IMG/VR virus record: IMGVR_UViG_3300020594_000011 | Span: 1-31,524 of that record | Reading direction: 5' to 3' (one strand) | Source: a virus | Taxonomy: Duplodnaviria; Caudoviricetes | DNA: 31,524 bases | In this document: piece after piece, positions 18,055-27,468 of the stretch | How the letters are laid out: each line of letters begins with the position of its first letter | Numbering within the stretch: position 1 is the stretch's first letter | Notes under the pieces: generated by a model | Told to the model about the DNA's origin: nothing | Database searches by the model: none | What the model saw: only the letters and a program-made list of their open reading frames with translations | Position numbers and translations under genes: made by a program

Positions 18055-18876
18055 TTAAGTCAACGCGCCAACGATGCGGTTGTTCGGGTTGGTCATGGAG
18101 GTGCAGTACGCGTAGTAGCCATCGATGGCATTGCCAGGCGCCGCACCCTGTTGGAAAAGGTTAGTGCTGCTGCCGACGTTGGCCCCTGGGCCGCCCGCCG
18201 CCCCTGGGCCGCCGCCGATGCCAATGTGCGCCGTGCCAAAGTTGTTCCACCCGCCCGCATCTGGCGTTGCCAACTGGAAGTTGTCGTAGGTAAACCCGGG
18301 TCGCCAGGTGACATCACCTGGATCGCCAGGCGGATACCCAGCGCCACCCCCGCCAGGGGCGTTGTTGTCGTTACTACCGCCCCATTCGGCAGAGCCACCG
18401 CCACCGCCACCGCCACCGTAGATATACCCGTTGGTATTATCGATCTGACAGGGGAAGTTCAGCAGCAGAGCGCTGGTGCCGTTAGCCGGCGGGGTGTTGG
18501 TCTTGTCCTGGTTGTACCATCCACCTTTACCACCCATCCCTTCCACCCGGCCGTTGTTCACGAAGATCAGAGTGGAGCCGGCTGGGAAGTTGCCTGTGGC
18601 CAGGGCCCACAGGCCCGGCGTACCGCCGATGATGCCGTTGTTGATGAACACGTAGGTCCGCGGGATGGTCGGGTTACCGAACAGGTTGTCCATCCGTAGC
18701 CCATACCCCACACCGGTAAAGGTGTAGTACTGGATCTGCGGCCAGACTTCTTCCCAGCCACTGGCCGTCTTGACGAGCACCCGCTTCGCGGGAGACCAGA
18801 CGGTCGCCGCCGTCTTGACGGACGGTTGGTTGACGTTGATCCAGGACGAGGCACCGTTTTTGTAGCTGATGGTCAT
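18055..18876 (-). CDS. Glycine-rich receptor-binding adhesin, T2/S16 gp38-like (273 aa)
   Basis: INNGIIGG, VNNGRVEGMGGKGG, IDNTNGYIYGGGGGGGGS and PGGGAG polyglycine motifs separated by aromatic-rich loops; Trp-rich N-terminal module. Confidence 0.7.
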   Translation of the reverse strand: MTISYKNGASSWINVNQPSVKTAATVWSPAKRVLVKTASGWEEVWPQIQYYTFTGVGYGLRMDNLFGNPTIPRTYVFINNGIIGGTPGLWALATGNFPAGSTLIFVNNGRVEGMGGKGGWYNQDKTNTPPANGTSALLLNFPCQIDNTNGYIYGGGGGGGGSAEWGGSNDNNAPGGGGAGYPPGDPGDVTWRPGFTYDNFQLATPDAGGWNNFGTAHIGIGGGPGAAGGPGANVGSSTNLFQQGAAPGNAIDGYYAYCTSMTNPNNRIVGALT

Positions 18877-18885
18877 GAGACCCCC

Positions 18886-19971
18886 TTAGACCTTGTACCA
18901 GAGGTCCCCTACGGCACCTTGGCCCGACGTCGGATCGGCGGAGGAGATGAAGATGCTCCGCTTGCCGTTGCTACCGACCTGGGCATACGCTGCCGCGAGG
19001 ACTTGCGACAGGTTGTTGCCTTGCAACAGCGCAGAGTCGGCTGCTTGTGCGGTCTTGTCCAGCTTGGTGGATTGCAGGCTGCTGACGGAGTTCTGCAGCG
19101 AGGTGACGTTGGTCTCGATATTGGCACAGCGCTGCTGGAGCGCGGTGATGTCGGTGGCCTGGCCGTTGTTGACCTGGATGATCGCGGCGATCTGACCGCC
19201 CTGGTTGGCAACCGAGGTGTTCAGGCTGCCGATAGCGGTGTCATGGCCATCCACCCGACCCTTCAAGGTCAGGAAGTCGTTCTGCAGTTGCTGCAGCTGG
19301 TTACCCAGGTCACGGATCTGGTCGTTACCGGAATCTTCCAGGCTGGCGATCAACCCATCGACCTCGTCCTTGTTGTACCAGTCCCCGATGATGATCGGCG
19401 GGTTGTCCAGCCAATCTTGGGTACGCTCACGGATCGCCGCGGCGACATCGTAGGTGGCCTGGATCAGTTCGGCAAAGCCGGTCATGTCCTCGGCCGGGTG
19501 GTTGTGGTCGATCGGTGGGAAGACGTTAGGCTTGCCGGAGACCTCGTCGTAGGTGACCAGGCGCGGGTCGACGGCGCGGTTGGAGAGGATCTCGAGGATC
19601 TTGTTCTCATCCAGGGTCCATTCGCCACCGAGGTTTTGGTAGATCAGCTGGACTTCGCCGGAGAGGGTACGGTCATAGAGCAGGACCGACAGGTAGACCC
19701 CGCCCTGAATACCCTGGAGCTCGTAGGACGCGGAATGGAACTTGTGGCCGGCGGCCCAATCAGCACCGCGTACCAGCGTACGACCGGTCGGGATGTGGAT
19801 GAGCTGCAAGGTATTACGGTAGTACGGCCCCGCCTTGGGGATGATGAAGTGATAATCCAGCGGTTCTTCCGGCGGGTTCAGCGTCTGCCGTTCGTTGGGG
19901 ATTTTGTTACTCGGCGCCTCACCCGTCGTGTCCAACGGATACAGGTACGCGAGCGGATCGGTTCCGGCCAT
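18886..19971 (-). CDS. Short tail fibre, phiKZ gp131-family N-terminus + coiled coil (361 aa from MAGTDP)
   Basis: YPLDTTGEAPSNKIPNE N-terminal module, a heptad-like shaft, and C-terminal IFISSADPTSGQGAVGDLWYKV. GGAG RBS before 19971. Confidence 0.7.
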   Translation of the reverse strand: MAGTDPLAYLYPLDTTGEAPSNKIPNERQTLNPPEEPLDYHFIIPKAGPYYRNTLQLIHIPTGRTLVRGADWAAGHKFHSASYELQGIQGGVYLSVLLYDRTLSGEVQLIYQNLGGEWTLDENKILEILSNRAVDPRLVTYDEVSGKPNVFPPIDHNHPAEDMTGFAELIQATYDVAAAIRERTQDWLDNPPIIIGDWYNKDEVDGLIASLEDSGNDQIRDLGNQLQQLQNDFLTLKGRVDGHDTAIGSLNTSVANQGGQIAAIIQVNNGQATDITALQQRCANIETNVTSLQNSVSSLQSTKLDKTAQAADSALLQGNNLSQVLAAAYAQVGSNGKRSIFISSADPTSGQGAVGDLWYKV

Positions 19972-20058
19972 TTGTGAATTCTCCATTAACGTATGGGGCC
20001 CGATACCCTGATTTCAGGGTGGTCGAGCATATAATTTTACCGTTTCGAGGCGCCAGAC

Positions 20059-21318
20059 ATGTACACCTGCGTACGGGGTATCCTTCGCCAACGCGGCGAA
20101 AATCAACGCCTGATCCAAGCCCAGGTGGGCGACCGTGCGCTACGGGCGCTGATCACCGAAAACAGCTATGTCTGCCTGGTCCTGACACACCCCGCCCTCG
20201 ACCACGAGGTCGGTCTGGATCTGGCTGTCGTCGAGTCCCAGATCTACCGCCTGCTGCCCACGCTGACCGTGGACCAGTGGCTGCTGTCCCTAGGCGCGAC
20301 CACGCTGCCGACCACGGACGTCGTCCCCACACCCACGGCAGCGATCGTGCGGTACAACAATGCCTTGGTGGCAGGCTATAACGTCCAGAAGGTCCATCCC
20401 CTGGAAGGGGACGGTAGCGACATCTCGGACATTCGCCTGACTGATCTGCGGATGACCCGGGCGGACACCGATTACCAGCTCTTTGCGGAACACGCCCTGG
20501 TGACCGTGAACGGGCTCTTTCACCTGACTGACGGTTCGGCCCGTGGCATCCAGGTGACGGACGGCGGTCGGTCGATTCGTCACTCGAACCGTAACCAAGT
20601 GGGGATCTGGAGCTTCCTGGAGGTCGGTGCGCTCAAGTGCTACCCGATCACGGACGAGATGATCGTTCCCCGAGGGGAGAACCCGCTGCGCAATGGTTTC
20701 TCGGTGGTCGTACCGGGGGAAGACTTCACCCACAAGACGGTCCTGCTGTCCCTGGGCGGGGTTCTGCACTTCGTCAACCAAAACTACCGGGTTGTGGGTG
20801 ACAATTCGATCATGATCGAATGGTGGAAGCTGGACTTCTTCCACCGCTATTACTTGATCCGAGACCGCATCGACTTGTCGAGCTTCGACGCGCTCCAGCC
20901 GACACCGGTGAATAAGCCCGATACCCTCGACCTGAACCTTGCGCTGATGGACGACGCCATCCGGGCGTTCATGAAGCTCTCCCAGACCTTCGTGATTGTG
21001 GTCGATGCAGAGAACTTCTACGTCGACCGCCACCCGTTGGAAGCCACCCGCCTGCCAGGGCGGTACCTGTCCTACGCTCGTCCCCAAGGACCGCTCCAGT
21101 TGGAGAACGGTCTGATGTCGGAGTACATTGCGATTCTGGAGCAGGGCGGGACCTACGTACTGGCCGTGGATGAGAATGTCATCTCGCGCTACCACGAGGA
21201 CACCCGCCCGGCGGGTGACAGTGACTTCTACAACGGTCAGCGCATCTCCCAGTTCCCGCAGTTCTATGGGGCGGGCTACTTGCTGGAGATGGGGCGTGAG
21301 TACGTGACCACGACCTAG
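20059..21318 (+). CDS. Virion structural protein, phiKZ gp130-like (419 aa)
   Basis: ALVTVNGLFH, VLLSLGGVLH and LPGRY motifs; divergent from the gp131-family fibre gene (recalled synteny). Confidence 0.6.
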   Translation: MYTCVRGILRQRGENQRLIQAQVGDRALRALITENSYVCLVLTHPALDHEVGLDLAVVESQIYRLLPTLTVDQWLLSLGATTLPTTDVVPTPTAAIVRYNNALVAGYNVQKVHPLEGDGSDISDIRLTDLRMTRADTDYQLFAEHALVTVNGLFHLTDGSARGIQVTDGGRSIRHSNRNQVGIWSFLEVGALKCYPITDEMIVPRGENPLRNGFSVVVPGEDFTHKTVLLSLGGVLHFVNQNYRVVGDNSIMIEWWKLDFFHRYYLIRDRIDLSSFDALQPTPVNKPDTLDLNLALMDDAIRAFMKLSQTFVIVVDAENFYVDRHPLEATRLPGRYLSYARPQGPLQLENGLMSEYIAILEQGGTYVLAVDENVISRYHEDTRPAGDSDFYNGQRISQFPQFYGAGYLLEMGREYVTTT

Positions 21319-21365
21319 GCGGCATACACCCACCTACCCCGCGGGGTAGGTGGGCTCCTATGCTG
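21319..21365. terminator. Bidirectional hairpin with TATGYYG on both sides
   Basis: CGGCATA-CA-CCCACCTACCC-CGCG-GGGTAGGTGGG-CTCC-TATGCTG fills the gap between convergent stop codons. Confidence 0.75.
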
Positions 21366-21635
21366 TCACAGTAACGGTAAGGACATCCAGGAATTGCCAT
21401 TGGCGATGTGACCGCAGGAAGCCTGGCAGCCGCTGCACACCACGGGAATGCCGTTCCAGGTGAACCAGGCCGTACCTTGCGCCATACGCGGCGCGCTGTG
21501 CGCCCCGTTACCGTGGCCGGCTACGGCATCGTTCAGCAGTGAGATGGGTTTGCCCAGGATGGTCCAGGTGGTAGCCCCTGGACCTTGGATGACGCCACCG
21601 GCGATGGATTCGCCGACCAGGGAGATTTCGGCCAT
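21366..21635 (-). CDS. PAAR-like spike-tip protein (89 aa)
   Basis: Small Gly-rich beta protein with GKPISLLND and NGIPVVCSG repeats and His/Cys metal ligands (GHGNGAH, SCGH). Its start overlaps the spike stop (TAATG). Confidence 0.85.
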   Translation of the reverse strand: MAEISLVGESIAGGVIQGPGATTWTILGKPISLLNDAVAGHGNGAHSAPRMAQGTAWFTWNGIPVVCSGCQASCGHIANGNSWMSLPLL

Positions 21636-22471
21636 TAGGTGGTACCTACGAAGTTCGGAGTCTTCAGGGCGGTCATGGCACCCGTCCAGGTCATGACCGA
21701 CCCGCCACCATCAATCTGCGCTTGGTTGGCCGCCTTCACCGTAAAGTTGCGGCCACAGGTGATGTTGACATCCCGGTCGGCTTTGAAGGTGAAGTCTTGG
21801 GGCGCGTAGGCGTTGATGTCCTTCTTGTCCAGCTTGACGAAGGTCCCCTGGGTGTTCTGCAGGTGAATGAGGGACAGCTTGCTGACCAGGGTGATGAAGT
21901 TCCCGACGTCGTCATTGAGCTGGAAGAGGCCTTCCGCCATGTCGAGGAACATCTCGTACTGGTAAGGCTCACCGTCGGCTTTGCAGCTGGAGAACGCCAG
22001 CCGTTTGCTGTGAGTCGAGAATTCAATCCAGTAGGTGTTATCCGCCGTGAGCAGGGTGTCATTCTCATCCCGCGTGGCGGAGATGGCGAAGATGACGGTT
22101 TCCAGCTTCCGCAAGTTGTCATCCATCCCCAGGCTACGCCAGTAGAACTTGTCGGCATCGGCGACTTGGAGGATCTCTACCCGTTCACCGCGGCGTACGT
22201 CCGGCGGGGAGAGGCGGTTGGAGCCGCTGGGGAGCCAGTCGCATTCGATGATCTGGTCGGCAATGAAGCCGCCCTGGCTGGTCACGCCATCCTGGTCGGT
22301 GGCAGAATACTCCACTTTCACCGGGTTGGAGGTCATCTCCCCATCGTGCATGGCAGTCCATTCGACGGGGATGACGGTGATGGTCCCGGGGTTGGCCTTG
22401 GTGTAGATCCCGGGTTCCCGGTTACTGTCGACCTTACCCAGCGCCACCGTTCGGAATGCGGACGTCTGCAT
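21635..22471 (-). CDS. Baseplate central spike, phiKZ gp164-like (278 aa)
   Basis: OB-fold-like N-terminal part (WLPSGSNRLSPPDVRRGERV), beta-helix-like C-terminal periodicity, and position directly upstream of PAAR. Confidence 0.75.
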   Translation of the reverse strand: MQTSAFRTVALGKVDSNREPGIYTKANPGTITVIPVEWTAMHDGEMTSNPVKVEYSATDQDGVTSQGGFIADQIIECDWLPSGSNRLSPPDVRRGERVEILQVADADKFYWRSLGMDDNLRKLETVIFAISATRDENDTLLTADNTYWIEFSTHSKRLAFSSCKADGEPYQYEMFLDMAEGLFQLNDDVGNFITLVSKLSLIHLQNTQGTFVKLDKKDINAYAPQDFTFKADRDVNITCGRNFTVKAANQAQIDGGGSVMTWTGAMTALKTPNFVGTT

Positions 22472-22534
22472 GAGTCACCTTTAAGTTTTAATGAGACGGC
22501 TAATACTACACTGGCCAGACTGTTGGAGTCTCCA

Positions 22535-24943
22535 ATGTATTACGAATACGCACGCAGTGAGGGGTGCAACCGCTTCTCGATCGCTGGACGGCGATCGATT
22601 ACCGTGACCCCTACCGCGAAGACCCAGATGATCCTGGGGACTAATGGCTCGGGGAAATCGAGCATGCTCTCGATCCTCTGGTCACCCTTCCCGGCGAGTC
22701 CCGATGACTTCGATGGGAATGGGGAACGAGAAGTACATATCCTCCATAAAGGCCACCGGTACGAGATCAAGGAGACCTTCGGGAATCGTAACGTCTACTC
22801 GTTCCAGAAAGATGGCGTCGAACTGAACCGCGACGGGAAAGTCACGCCGCAGTGGGCGTTGTGCGAAGAGCACTTTGACTTCGACCGCAGCCTGCACGAC
22901 CTTTGGGTCGGGAAGCTACGGTTTACAGACATGTCCCCGCAGAAACGCCGAGACTGGATCGCCAAACTGTCCACCCTTGACTTCGACTACGCCTTCCAGG
23001 AATACGACCGTTACCGTAAAGGCCACAGTAAAGCCAAGGCGATCGTGGAGCACCTGCAATCCCGGATCAATGAGGAAACCGACCGCCTGATCCGGGAAGA
23101 AGACCTCATCAAGATGCGCGAACATGTCCAGGAATTGCACGATACCCTGGATGCCTTGATGCGGGAGCCGCGCTCGAACCAGGCGCCGATTCCGGAAGCG
23201 GAAATCCGTGAGCAGTTCGACAGCGTCTGCCGGCGCATTGAGGGATTCCTGACCAAGGAGTTCCCGGTGGTCGGAGACCTGACCCAGGACCTCGCTGAAC
23301 AGACCGAGAAGATCAACCAGCTCAAAGGCGAGCTGACCGCCCGGGGCGAACGGGTTGCAGAGCTGGAGCAACGGTACCTGCGGATCGCCAACTTGCTGGA
23401 AGGTGACCCCGAGGTCATCGAACGGCAGATCGTTGACCTCAAGGCCGAATTGGCGGCGTTGGAAACACGCCGCCTTCCTGTCCCGGACGAACTCCTGGTC
23501 CCCGCTGAGGACGCACTGATCGAACTGCGGCAGATCCTGGTGAACCTGCCGGACGACTACGTCTCGCAAGGCGAGGTCGCCAAGATCCTCCAGGAAGCGC
23601 AGATCAAACGCCAGAAGGCGAACAGGATCGAAGGGGCGATGCGGGAGATCACGCTGGAGATCGACCACATCAAGCGCTGTGCCTCGGCGACGTGCCCGCA
23701 ATGTTCCTACGTCTTCAAGCCCGGGATCGAACCCGGGCGCCTGGAGATGCTGGAAGGTAGGGCAGCCAAAGGCACGGAACACCTGGTCAAAGCGGGGTGT
23801 GAGGCCAGTGAAGCGGAAGACTGGCTCGCCCAGACCTCGGAGAAGGCCAACCTCTTCACCGCCTTGGAGCAGATCAAGGAGCGCTACCGCCAGTGCAGCG
23901 GCCTCTGGATGCACCTGGACAATTGCGGGGGTCTGCAAAAAGGCCGCGGTCTGCTGCACGAGCTGCCGCGCTACGAAACGGCGGTGGACCGGGCGCAACA
24001 GCGCACCCGGGCCAGCAAACGTCTGGCTGAGCTGGAAGCGGCCATGGCACAGTGGAAGCAGGAAGCCGGCGGTAACGCGCAACTGTTGGAGGACCTCACG
24101 GCAGCCCGTGAGGCCTACACTGACCTACACGCCCGGTATCGAGTAGAGGTCGAGCGCTGGCAGGAGCTGGACCGTCAGCTGAAGTACGAGGAGAGTTGGA
24201 ACACCCTGGCACAAGGGGCGCAGCAGGAGTACGAGAAGCTCCAGGCGTCCTTGAAGGTCTTCATGCACCAAGCCATCGACCGGGACCGGGAGGAACTGAT
24301 TCGCAAGACCCGGACCACCCTTGCGATCAACGAGCAAGCGCTCTCGGAGAACGAGGTAATTGCGGCAGTGGTCAAGGACTTGGAGAACCAATTGGCCAAG
24401 GCCTTGGTGGAAGAGGAGGCGTATCGCCGGCTGGTCAGTGCCATCTGTCCGAAGACGGGACTGATTGCCGAGAAGATCACCGAGCAAATCGGTGCGATCG
24501 TCGGTAAGATGAACCAGCTCATCAGCACAGTCTGGGGTTATCCGCTGTACATCAAGGTCCCTGAGGCCGATGACTCGGACGTGACGTACAAGTTTCCCAT
24601 GGTCGTGGATGGGCGACTGCGTAACGACATTGCCGAAGGCAGCAAGTCCATCAAGTCCATCGTCAACACTGCTTTCCAGCTGGTAACGTACTATTGCCGT
24701 GGCCTGGTGGACTACCCGTTGTACCTGGATGAACCCAGTGAAGGTTTCGATGAAGTGCACGTCCAGAACCTGATCCCTGTGATCAAGGACCTGGTGGACA
24801 ATGCGCGCTTCAGCCAGATCTTCATCATCAGCCATGACATCGATGCGCAGACGGCCTTCCCGAATTCGCAGACGATCATCATGGATGAACGGAACATCCC
24901 AAACTACCCGTACGCCTACAACCTCCACGTCGAAGTGGCGTGA
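22535..24943 (+). CDS. sbcC: SbcC/Rad50-like SMC-family ATPase (802 aa from MYYEY)
   Basis: Walker A GTNGSGKS, long coiled coils, central zinc-hook CPQC, Walker B/D-loop LYLDEPSEGFD and H-loop IISHD. GGAG RBS before 22535. Confidence 0.88.
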   Translation: MYYEYARSEGCNRFSIAGRRSITVTPTAKTQMILGTNGSGKSSMLSILWSPFPASPDDFDGNGEREVHILHKGHRYEIKETFGNRNVYSFQKDGVELNRDGKVTPQWALCEEHFDFDRSLHDLWVGKLRFTDMSPQKRRDWIAKLSTLDFDYAFQEYDRYRKGHSKAKAIVEHLQSRINEETDRLIREEDLIKMREHVQELHDTLDALMREPRSNQAPIPEAEIREQFDSVCRRIEGFLTKEFPVVGDLTQDLAEQTEKINQLKGELTARGERVAELEQRYLRIANLLEGDPEVIERQIVDLKAELAALETRRLPVPDELLVPAEDALIELRQILVNLPDDYVSQGEVAKILQEAQIKRQKANRIEGAMREITLEIDHIKRCASATCPQCSYVFKPGIEPGRLEMLEGRAAKGTEHLVKAGCEASEAEDWLAQTSEKANLFTALEQIKERYRQCSGLWMHLDNCGGLQKGRGLLHELPRYETAVDRAQQRTRASKRLAELEAAMAQWKQEAGGNAQLLEDLTAAREAYTDLHARYRVEVERWQELDRQLKYEESWNTLAQGAQQEYEKLQASLKVFMHQAIDRDREELIRKTRTTLAINEQALSENEVIAAVVKDLENQLAKALVEEEAYRRLVSAICPKTGLIAEKITEQIGAIVGKMNQLISTVWGYPLYIKVPEADDSDVTYKFPMVVDGRLRNDIAEGSKSIKSIVNTAFQLVTYYCRGLVDYPLYLDEPSEGFDEVHVQNLIPVIKDLVDNARFSQIFIISHDIDAQTAFPNSQTIIMDERNIPNYPYAYNLHVEVA

Positions 24944-24989
24944 ACGACATACAGCCCCGGGCTTGGGCCCGGGGCTGTATGCTGTCAGG
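24937..24989. repeat. 53-bp palindromic terminator-like repeat, copy 1
   Basis: 15-bp perfect stem CATACAGCCCCGGGC-TTGG-GCCCGGGGCTGTATG; 51/53 identical to 29835..29887. Confidence 0.9.
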
Positions 24990-25599
24990 TGACGTTCTGC
25001 AACTGCTCGATCATCGCGATCAGCTCTTGGTTCTGTTGCTTGAGCTGATCGACCTGCGCCTGCAGGGCGAGTTTGTCGGTGTAGTCTGTGGAGCGGTTGA
25101 CAATCGCCGCATTGCGTGCGGCGGTGTTCTCCACGTACTGCTCCTGGGTGATGGCCTGCGTGACTGGCGCGGTAGCGATGGTCACATCCGATTCCACCCC
25201 GGTATCATCCGACACGGCCCGCTTCACCGCGTTGATGGCGCGGGTCAGGTCGTAGCTGTCCGGTAACATCCCCATGCTGACCGTCAGGACCACCCAGGAG
25301 TGGGGCACCACGCCCATGTTGGGGTAGGACTCGATGTAGGTGTCGGGAACGTAGAGCGGCTTCTGGGTCTCGGACAACAGGGTGATGACGTGTGCACCGG
25401 CTGCCACATCCGCCTGGTATTCCGTGTCCGTCAACCCAACCGGCTCGTAGACCATCTTCACCGGATCGAGCCCGCGGCTGATCATTTCCTCAAAGGTACG
25501 GTCAGCGCCGGTGTGGTATGCCACGGTTGCCACGGCGACAAACGGTGCCCTCAGGATAAAGAGACCGGTAACGCCCACGGGCGGGGTAATACGTGCCAT
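24985..25599 (-). CDS. Conserved jumbo-phage protein, probably virion-associated (204 aa)
   Basis: GAGG RBS region, YVPDTYIESYP motif and C-terminal coiled coil; co-transcribed with the upstream structural gene. Confidence 0.65.
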   Translation of the reverse strand: MARITPPVGVTGLFILRAPFVAVATVAYHTGADRTFEEMISRGLDPVKMVYEPVGLTDTEYQADVAAGAHVITLLSETQKPLYVPDTYIESYPNMGVVPHSWVVLTVSMGMLPDSYDLTRAINAVKRAVSDDTGVESDVTIATAPVTQAITQEQYVENTAARNAAIVNRSTDYTDKLALQAQVDQLKQQNQELIAMIEQLQNVT

Positions 25600-25610
25600 G
25601 ACTCAGATCC

Positions 25611-26945
25611 TCAGCGCGGCGCCGGGGCGGTGGCCGCGTCGACGCTATATTTAGTGACCACCAGCCAGAGGAAGTTGTCGTAGGTGGTGGAGAGGTAAAC
25701 CACGCCATCGCGCACCAGGCGGTTGTAGCCGTGCGGCACGCCGGTGTTGGGGGTCATGGTTTCGGCTTCCTCGATCATCTCGGTGATCTTCAGCACGAAG
25801 TTCCGCGTGACCTCGTTCATGCGCATGAAGTCGACGTGGGTGGTAGGGACGTTGATGTAGTCCGGGAACTTCTTGGCGAAGGTGTTGATGTCGTTTCGGT
25901 TCTCAGGCCCACCCACGACCATCAGCCCCACCGACCGGTACAGCGAGGTGGTGGAACTGATCACGCTGTCGATAAAGGCATCGGTGTAGTTGACGCCTTT
26001 GCAGAGCTTGTGCGCCAGCTCCATCGCCCCGGTAAAGTCGATGGTCGGCGAGTAGATACCGAGGTCACGCGTGGCGTTCGGGATGGCGTACAGGTCATAC
26101 CGCGGGATCACGATGAACTCGGTGCTGGTAAAAAGGTCCGGAAAGATCTCCGCCCATTCGTCCCGGGTGTGGCTACTGTTGGCCAGGATGTAATCGCGGA
26201 TGGCTTCCTTACGGGCATCGAGGTTATCGCCGGCCGCGCCGTAGATCACGGTGTACCAGGGCGTGGACAGGCGGACTTCCGGCGAGCCGTTGACGCTCTT
26301 CTGCACCCAGTCGAACTTGTCGAGACGGATGATGGTCTCAGGGGCCGATGCCCGGATGTCGTTGACCCGGTCCAGGATCTCCTGGTAGTCGATGGCGGCA
26401 ATAAGCGCGGTGACGTTCTCGAGGCTGTCGAAGAACTGGTCAATGCCGACGACCGGCGGTGCCACGTCGATCTCGAACTCATCGTACTGGTTCTGGAAAG
26501 ACGCATCGGCGAACCAGACCTTCCAGTTGATGTTCTGGCTGTTGTTCTTCGGCGAGAAGACCACGTACTCGGGGTACCAGTAGTTCCCCGAGGCCACCAT
26601 CACGCCCGACTCGATCAGATCGAAGGTCGACCCGAACTGGGTGATGAACTTCTGCTGGAAGCTGTCCTTGTTCTCGGTGAACGCACCCAGTTGCGCCTGC
26701 TGGTGCGTCCAGTAGAGCCCGCTCAGCACTTGCTGGGCGATGGCATCGGTGATGGTGGCGGAGACCCCATCGACTTTGTAGGAGAAGGTGACCAGCTCGA
26801 GGTTGACGTACTGCTGGTAGCTGTTCAGCGACTTCTCCCGGGAGAAGGTGCGCGAGAGCGGCGCCAGCTCGCCGACAGGTGCCACGACCCCAGGGGTGTT
26901 GACGGCGAGCGGTCCGATCTTGGCGAACGCTTTAAGGATATTCAC
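25611..26945 (-). CDS. Virion structural protein, phiKZ gp157-like (444 aa from GTG at 26945)
   Basis: GAGG RBS upstream of the GTG start (MNILKAF...). Has VAPVGELAPLSRTF, KVWFADASFQNQY and WAEIFPDLF motifs. The ORF-track start overlaps the divergent gene. Confidence 0.65.
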   Translation of the reverse strand: MNILKAFAKIGPLAVNTPGVVAPVGELAPLSRTFSREKSLNSYQQYVNLELVTFSYKVDGVSATITDAIAQQVLSGLYWTHQQAQLGAFTENKDSFQQKFITQFGSTFDLIESGVMVASGNYWYPEYVVFSPKNNSQNINWKVWFADASFQNQYDEFEIDVAPPVVGIDQFFDSLENVTALIAAIDYQEILDRVNDIRASAPETIIRLDKFDWVQKSVNGSPEVRLSTPWYTVIYGAAGDNLDARKEAIRDYILANSSHTRDEWAEIFPDLFTSTEFIVIPRYDLYAIPNATRDLGIYSPTIDFTGAMELAHKLCKGVNYTDAFIDSVISSTTSLYRSVGLMVVGGPENRNDINTFAKKFPDYINVPTTHVDFMRMNEVTRNFVLKITEMIEEAETMTPNTGVPHGYNRLVRDGVVYLSTTYDNFLWLVVTKYSVDAATAPAPR

Positions 26946-27057
26946 GTTGTAGTACCTCTGGAAGGGCTTCGGCGGCAAAAGGTATGACCCAGGACGGCAG
27001 GGAAACCTGCCGATCTGAGAGGAATCATAAAATATCGAATGCCTGAGGAGTACGGTA

Positions 27058-27465
27058 GTGTCTTTGACCGGAACCACTGCCTATTTGATTTTCCGGTCAG
27101 CCTTCCCGTTCATCAAGGAAGTGCTGCTGGAGGACAAAGGGCTTAAAGAACTCCTACTCGGCAATAAACCTGCGCTGTTGCTTGCCCTGTGCCTGTTGTT
27201 TGTTTTTGTGCTGCTGGCCGACACCACCGGCCAGGTGGGTGAGCTGGTGGATAAGAACAAAAAACTGACCAGTGACAACGGTGTCCTGGTACAAACGGTA
27301 GCCGAGCAGAAGACCCGAATCACTACCTTGGAAGAAAGTCTCCGTCACAGCACCTGTGTTCCCGGGCCTGAGGCTGACCTTCCTCCACCGAAGTCCCCTG
27401 GAACCGGGGGTAAGACCAACCTACGCTCGTACGTTGAAAATCGACTGCGACACTTGGAACGCTAG
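27058..27465 (+). CDS. Putative inner-membrane spanin (Rz-like; 135 aa)
   Basis: RBS GAGGAG. Single TM segment ALLLALCLLFVFVLLA, then a coiled coil and a Cys/Pro-rich linker; directly upstream of a lipoprotein gene. Confidence 0.55.
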   Translation: MSLTGTTAYLIFRSAFPFIKEVLLEDKGLKELLLGNKPALLLALCLLFVFVLLADTTGQVGELVDKNKKLTSDNGVLVQTVAEQKTRITTLEESLRHSTCVPGPEADLPPPKSPGTGGKTNLRSYVENRLRHLER

Positions 27466-27468
27466 ATC

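Noticed and set aside
18390-18420. (GCCACC)n tandem repeat as a contingency or phase-variation locus
   Set aside because: It encodes the in-frame polyglycine run of the adhesin, and a 6-bp unit would not shift the frame.
14440-19971. Diversity-generating retroelement or invertase shufflon acting on the fibre genes
   Set aside because: I saw no reverse transcriptase, recombinase, or nucleotide-level template/variable repeat pair. Paralog similarity is visible only at the protein level.
21366-22471. PAAR + spike as evidence of a T6SS or extracellular contractile injection system
   Set aside because: The surrounding portal, head, endolysin, RNase H and UvsX genes show this is a phage tail tip.
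21722-22534. 271-aa N-terminal extension of the SbcC ORF, suggesting a 1073-aa fusion
   Set aside because: It is the antisense shadow of the spike gene. The ATG at 22535 has an RBS and places Walker A at the usual position near the N-terminus.
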